Source of the DNA: a virus
Lineage: Duplodnaviria; Caudoviricetes
Length of the DNA: 28,162 nt
Direction: 5' to 3' (one strand)
Virus record (IMG/VR): IMGVR_UViG_3300028586_000755
Span: 1 to 28,162 of that record
A program made the position numbers and the translations under genes. This document shows, piece after piece, positions 24,456 to 28,162 of this stretch. Under the pieces are notes generated by a model. The model saw only the letters and a list, made by a program, of their open reading frames with translations. It was not told the origin of the DNA and searched no databases. Within the stretch, counting starts at the first letter, position 1; every line of letters starts with the position of its first letter.

Positions 24456-24842
24456 ATGGCCGTGCCTGAATCCGAAGAAGTTGCCCCAAAAAACTTAAAG
24501 CAGGGCTTACCCCATCCCGATTACGTAACCAGATTCAAAGAGGGGCGGAAGGCCGCGGGGTATTCCTCTATCAAACTCGGCAAAGAAATCGGCATTACTC
24601 CGCAGGCGCTCCTTCAATTCGAATCCGGCAAACAACAACTGAAGCTGGAGAAATTCATTGCCGCCTGTGAGGCAATGGGGCTAGACTTCAATTGGGTGCT
24701 CAGGGGCGAGGGAATGATGTTCAGCTATACCAAAAAGCCAAGCCAGCACAACTTCAAGCCTGACCTGCGCAAGCCTGGCCCTGGGGTGCGGCAGGTAGAG
24801 ACTGCTAACGGTTACGAGGCTCCTTGGATGTGGGCTCTTTGA
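24456..24842 (+). CDS. XRE-family HTH regulator (128 aa from ATG 24456)
   Basis: RFKEGRKAAGYSSIKLGKEIGITPQALLQFESGK...LDFNWVLRGEG. No S24 peptidase domain. Confidence 0.88.
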   Translation: MAVPESEEVAPKNLKQGLPHPDYVTRFKEGRKAAGYSSIKLGKEIGITPQALLQFESGKQQLKLEKFIAACEAMGLDFNWVLRGEGMMFSYTKKPSQHNFKPDLRKPGPGVRQVETANGYEAPWMWAL

Positions 24843-24973
24843 ATAGCTCGCGCTAGTAGCATCCGGTATTTCTCCGCATCGGCTAGCGCGGCGGCAACGG
24901 CTTGCTCGGCTTGGGCTACGGATAGGCTCGGGCCTTGCGCTTGGGCAGAGACGTATTCAGCGGGCTTTTTCAT
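24812..24973 (-). CDS. Hypothetical protein (53 aa, MKKPAEY...)
   Basis: ATG 24973 preferred; the 3' end overlaps the XRE 3' end by 31 nt. Confidence 0.5.
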   Translation of the reverse strand: MKKPAEYVSAQAQGPSLSVAQAEQAVAAALADAEKYRMLLARAIQRAHIQGAS

Positions 24974-25121
24974 GTGAGGCCACCTAGGAAGTAACTGGGC
25001 TGCCTCTGGCTCATGGGGTGGCGGGGGTGGCTGGGATGGAGTAGGGCCCACCAAGGGGCTGTCCTAGGAAGGCGCTGGGCTGGTTGGGCTGGTTCATGGG
25101 GTGGGGTGGACTGGTAGGCAT
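24970..25121 (-). other. Two translationally coupled mini-ORFs (36 aa and 14 aa) built on an imperfect tandem duplication
   Basis: 25121-25011 MPTSPPHPMNQPNQPSAFLGQPLGGPYSIPATPATP; 25014-24970 MSQRQPSYFLGGLT; TAATG, ATGA and ATGA overlaps. Confidence 0.4.
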
Positions 25122-25342
25122 TACTTGCAGAGAGACAGTAGCTCTATCAATGTTTCGTTCGTCTCTGTCACGAGCCGCTGCTTATACCAAACCCACTGGA
25201 AAGGCTTTCCAAGTAGTGGCTTAGCGTAGCCATATTCACTAAAAAGGGCTCCGTGCCGAAAGACTGCCACATGCTCAGTAGGCTGAGTGGCTAATATTTG
25301 GTCAACTAGCTTGAAGTGGTCGATTGGCTCTTGTTCGCTCAT
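25121..25342 (-). CDS. Hypothetical protein (73 aa)
   Basis: ATG-started ORF in the early gene array. Confidence 0.65.
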   Translation of the reverse strand: MSEQEPIDHFKLVDQILATQPTEHVAVFRHGALFSEYGYAKPLLGKPFQWVWYKQRLVTETNETLIELLSLCK

Positions 25343-25389
25343 GGCTTAGAGGGGGATTAAGCGGATGATGGGGGCGGGCGGGGCGAGGG

Positions 25390-25728
25390 CTACCACTTCA
25401 CTTCAAAGGGCATTTGCTCAATAATTTTCTTGGCTATCGGGACTGCTAGAATCATGTCTTTCAGCTGGCTTGGCTCTACATCGCCTTGCACCCAAAACAC
25501 TGACTTAGTGCCGCCTCGCGTGTCCTTGCAGCTGCCAGCTATTGCGTAGAGAGAATAGCCGTCTACCTTACAGAAAACTGCTGTACCCCTTGGGGCATCA
25601 GAGTGAATTATATAATCGGGCTTGAAGGGCCAAGCGCTACCATCTATCCCCTTGTAGGCAAAACGATTGCCCTCAAGTTGCCAGAAGTAGTGGCCGTATT
25701 GCGTTAGGTCGGTTCCGTAGTAGTTCAT
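25390..25728 (-). CDS. Hypothetical protein (112 aa)
   Basis: ATGA overlap with the upstream gene; aromatic-rich globular sequence. Confidence 0.75.
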   Translation of the reverse strand: MNYYGTDLTQYGHYFWQLEGNRFAYKGIDGSAWPFKPDYIIHSDAPRGTAVFCKVDGYSLYAIAGSCKDTRGGTKSVFWVQGDVEPSQLKDMILAVPIAKKIIEQMPFEVKW

Positions 25729-26069
25729 GGCGTAGAAGTGAAAGAGTGAAGGGCCGCCGTAAGGGCCGGCTTGGCCCCTAGGGTGGAGGTGGCGAAAACT
25801 TGCAGTTGTTCGGGCATGATGAACCCCTCGGTAATCATCAGTCTGCCAAAGGCTTCTTCGTCGGGCAGCACGCCCGTAAAGAGGTCACTCCACGCCGGCC
25901 AAGCAGAGGGCTTAACTGCCAAGCGAACCTGCTGCGAGCCGGGCCAAATAACCACGGCTTTTGTTTGCTCGATGTTGAAGTAGGTGACACTAGCGTGGCG
26001 GCCCCAAGAGGGGGAGGGCATCCCATACCCAAGCGAGGCCAGCTTTTCAGGTGAGGGTAAATAGCTCAT
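25725..26069 (-). CDS. Hypothetical protein (114 aa)
   Basis: ATG-started and coupled to the next gene. Confidence 0.65.
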   Translation of the reverse strand: MSYLPSPEKLASLGYGMPSPSWGRHASVTYFNIEQTKAVVIWPGSQQVRLAVKPSAWPAWSDLFTGVLPDEEAFGRLMITEGFIMPEQLQVFATSTLGAKPALTAALHSFTSTP

Positions 26070-26083
26070 GGCAGGCAGAACAG

Positions 26084-26248
26084 CTAATTAACCTTTTTGC
26101 CTTGTAGCTGCCCGGCTGCCCACTTGGCTCCGGCCTTAAAATCGTTTGCGATAGCAGCAGCAGCGTCTTTATTTGACCGAGCCTGCTCTTCGCCAAGAAT
26201 GTCTTTTGCGTGTTCCTTGGCGGCTTGGGTAATCTCTTTAGCTGTCAT
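26084..26248 (-). CDS. Small hypothetical protein (54 aa), not in the ORF track
   Basis: MTAKEITQAAKEHAKDILG...DFKAGAKWAAGQLQGKKVN; fills the gap; F-x-AGA-x-W motif is common in small Bacteroidetes phage proteins. Confidence 0.7.
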   Translation of the reverse strand: MTAKEITQAAKEHAKDILGEEQARSNKDAAAAIANDFKAGAKWAAGQLQGKKVN

Positions 26249-26251
26249 GGT

Positions 26252-26563
26252 TTAAGAAGTGAATTGAGTGAGGGCAGCAACCAGGGCCGCCGTAAGGGTG
26301 TCAGAAGCGGGGCCGACGATGACGATGCGGGCCCGGCCGGGGTAGTGGGTGCCGTTGGCGACTGCTAGTTGGTAGGGGCCGATGTAGTGGGCTTCTGACT
26401 TAGCTGGGGGTGGGGTAACGTCTTCTGTGGTTTCTTGGCTCTGAGGCTTCGCTACAGGGGCTTTGGTGTCCTTGGTGGGGGCGAGGGTCGAAGTGCCCGC
26501 AGAACGAACGCTAGCGGGTGAATTGGCCCGGTCTACTGCTTTTGCGTCCCAGCCTTTCATCAT
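26252..26563 (-). CDS. Hypothetical protein (103 aa from ATG 26563)
   Basis: ATGA overlap with the upstream stop; low-complexity N-terminal half. Confidence 0.55.
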   Translation of the reverse strand: MMKGWDAKAVDRANSPASVRSAGTSTLAPTKDTKAPVAKPQSQETTEDVTPPPAKSEAHYIGPYQLAVANGTHYPGRARIVIVGPASDTLTAALVAALTQFTS

Positions 26564-26751
26564 TTGGTGTAGCGCTGGGCCTCTTCGGTAGTGAGTTGGT
26601 CGGTGCAAGCGTCGATTATCTTATCCTTCAAATCCTCGAACATGCCTTGAAAAACCGGGTGCTGTGGGCCATCTGAAATGAGGGCGGTCAAGATGCTAGC
26701 GTACTGCAACGCGTGCTCGGGCCGTAGCTCAAGCTTGATTTTCTTGCTCAT
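26560..26751 (-). CDS. Hypothetical protein (63 aa)
   Basis: ATGA-coupled on both sides. Confidence 0.7.
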   Translation of the reverse strand: MSKKIKLELRPEHALQYASILTALISDGPQHPVFQGMFEDLKDKIIDACTDQLTTEEAQRYTK

Positions 26752-27152
26752 GCTTGCTCCTTTCCTTCCCCTGTAGTGGTGGGGGCGGCGCCGGCCTCAG
26801 CTTCTAGCGACTTGATTAGGATGTCAATATTTGCCCAATCGCCTTGACCCCAAGCCTCTTTTAACTCAGCCAATATGCTCGCCTTGAAGTCATAGGCCTC
26901 CAATGTCATGTCATTGATGATGTCCCGGCCGTAGTTGCGGGAGGCGGTCAGCCCTTCCACTTCGGCTACCAAGTCGATAATAGCTTGCCCGGCTCCGAGT
27001 TGGGCGAAGTTGAGGGCCCGGTTCAGGTCGTAGCGCTCGCTGCTGTGCACTAGGGCGATGCTGGCCCGCATCAACTCGTTGGGGATAGCCTTGATGCGCT
27101 CTAAGCGTTCGGGCGTCACGGGCTGGGCGGGGATTACAATTTCGTTAGCCAT
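26748..27152 (-). CDS. Hypothetical protein, weakly Ead/Ea22-like (134 aa)
   Basis: TPERLERIKA...IIDLVAEVEGL pattern. Confidence 0.6.
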   Translation of the reverse strand: MANEIVIPAQPVTPERLERIKAIPNELMRASIALVHSSERYDLNRALNFAQLGAGQAIIDLVAEVEGLTASRNYGRDIINDMTLEAYDFKASILAELKEAWGQGDWANIDILIKSLEAEAGAAPTTTGEGKEQA

Positions 27153-27387
27153 TATTATTCTCGTTTAGAAAGCCATGTAAGTCTTTTATCATCGCTGGCG
27201 AGAGTTCAAATGCCAGTCTCCATGCGCTATGCTTAATGCCGATGGCGGCCAGTTGCCTGCTCCGCTGTTTGGCGTACACCTGAATGTTGCCGTTGCCGAG
27301 CTTCTTAAGCCGAAATCCGCGCACCGCCCTTTCTATTTCTTGCGCCATGTTAGCGGGGGCCGAAAGGGTTGATAGCAGGGTCACCAT
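27145..27387 (-). CDS. Hypothetical protein (80 aa; start may be internal)
   Basis: Overlaps both neighbours in the array. Confidence 0.55.
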   Translation of the reverse strand: MVTLLSTLSAPANMAQEIERAVRGFRLKKLGNGNIQVYAKQRSRQLAAIGIKHSAWRLAFELSPAMIKDLHGFLNENNNG

Positions 27388-28159
27388 TCAAGAAAAACTC
27401 GGAAGCCTCCCCCGGCCCGGCGGCGGCTGGGCTACTAGGGGGTGGGGTCGATTCACAGACTTCGCACCCTTTTTCGCAGTTAAGTATTGATGTTTCAGGC
27501 GTATAGCCAGCGCGCTGCATTGCCTTGCCAGTCCGAACAGCCTCTTCAAAGCTTGGCAACGGGCTCATTACCTGGCGCAAAATGGCGTGCCACTTGGTCT
27601 GCATCCCTTGATGAACCAGCTTGTAGGCCTCTATCTCATTCACCAGTGCCAACTTTTCTTTTCCCTGCTCGGCTAGCTCTACCTGCGCCTCCGAGAGACG
27701 GGTTTCTGCCTTGGTGGCGCGGGAGGTGGCGGCTTGAATAGCATCAGCGTCGCGCAGCTGCTCGGCTCTCCATTCTTGGCGGCGCTTGCGAAAGGCTTCG
27801 GTGTAGTCGCCCAATTCCTTGCCCAGCCGCGCCACCTCGGCTTCTAGGGCTTCCACGTAGGAGAGCGTAGCTAGGGTGATGTCGGGAGAGACAGCAGCGA
27901 TGTAGCGCTGGTTGGCTTTGGCTTCGGCAAGCGGGGGCGAATCATTGCCGCCCTCCCCAATCGGCAAGCCATTGTCCACGTCAATAGTGCAGATAGAGCC
28001 GCACAGGCCAGCCGACATAACCCACGGGCAGTTGCAGGTGGAATTATCATCCGAGAGGTGGCCAGCCGACCACGGGCCGGGCGTAGCTTGCTCCGCTAGC
28101 TGTTTCAGTTCAGCCCGCTGCTCGGCAGGCATAGGTACTACATTTTGAGGAAGTTCCAT
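27350..28159 (-). CDS. Ead/Ea22-like protein with coiled coil (269 aa)
   Basis: LAEQATPGPW...ANQRYIAAVSPDITLATLSYVEALEAEV; coiled coil; C-terminal CEKGCEVC. Confidence 0.75.
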   Translation of the reverse strand: MELPQNVVPMPAEQRAELKQLAEQATPGPWSAGHLSDDNSTCNCPWVMSAGLCGSICTIDVDNGLPIGEGGNDSPPLAEAKANQRYIAAVSPDITLATLSYVEALEAEVARLGKELGDYTEAFRKRRQEWRAEQLRDADAIQAATSRATKAETRLSEAQVELAEQGKEKLALVNEIEAYKLVHQGMQTKWHAILRQVMSPLPSFEEAVRTGKAMQRAGYTPETSILNCEKGCEVCESTPPPSSPAAAGPGEASEFFLNGDPAINPFGPR

Positions 28160-28162
28160 ATG

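Noticed and set aside
24494-24502. Half-sites of the operator (TTAAAGCA in the XRE gene; similar near 6151, 8850 and 12671)
   Set aside because: The second arm is missing or poorly matched and no associated promoter was found; plausible by chance.
24456-24842. XRE protein as the primary CI immunity repressor
   Set aside because: No S24 peptidase domain, and the location at the early/late boundary lacks integrase or replication genes; kept as a generic regulator.

Overview
About 28 kb of a long-tailed (siphovirus-type) phage or prophage, read almost entirely on the minus strand (right to left). Order: small early/accessory genes with two Ead/Ea22-like proteins; a divergent XRE-HTH / ribbon-helix-helix gene pair; ParB-N, TerS, TerL; a putative tail tube gene; portal, scaffold, major capsid; head-tail genes interrupted by a DEDDh exoribonuclease, a membrane micro-protein and an HExxH protein; tail chaperones joined by a -1 frameshift; tape measure; two plus-strand lipoprotein morons; baseplate and fibre genes. 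TTG-N19/20-TAnnTTYG promoters point to a Bacteroidetes host; the GC-rich, CTAG-rich composition suggests a Hymenobacter-like host (inference). The strongest unexplained signal is a 17-21 bp palindrome (TTAAAGYR-N-TRCTTTAA) in front of five late transcription units, in two fixed geometries relative to the promoter. No integrase, lysis genes, RNA genes or CRISPR array were seen. All product calls come from motif recognition and synteny, not database searches.
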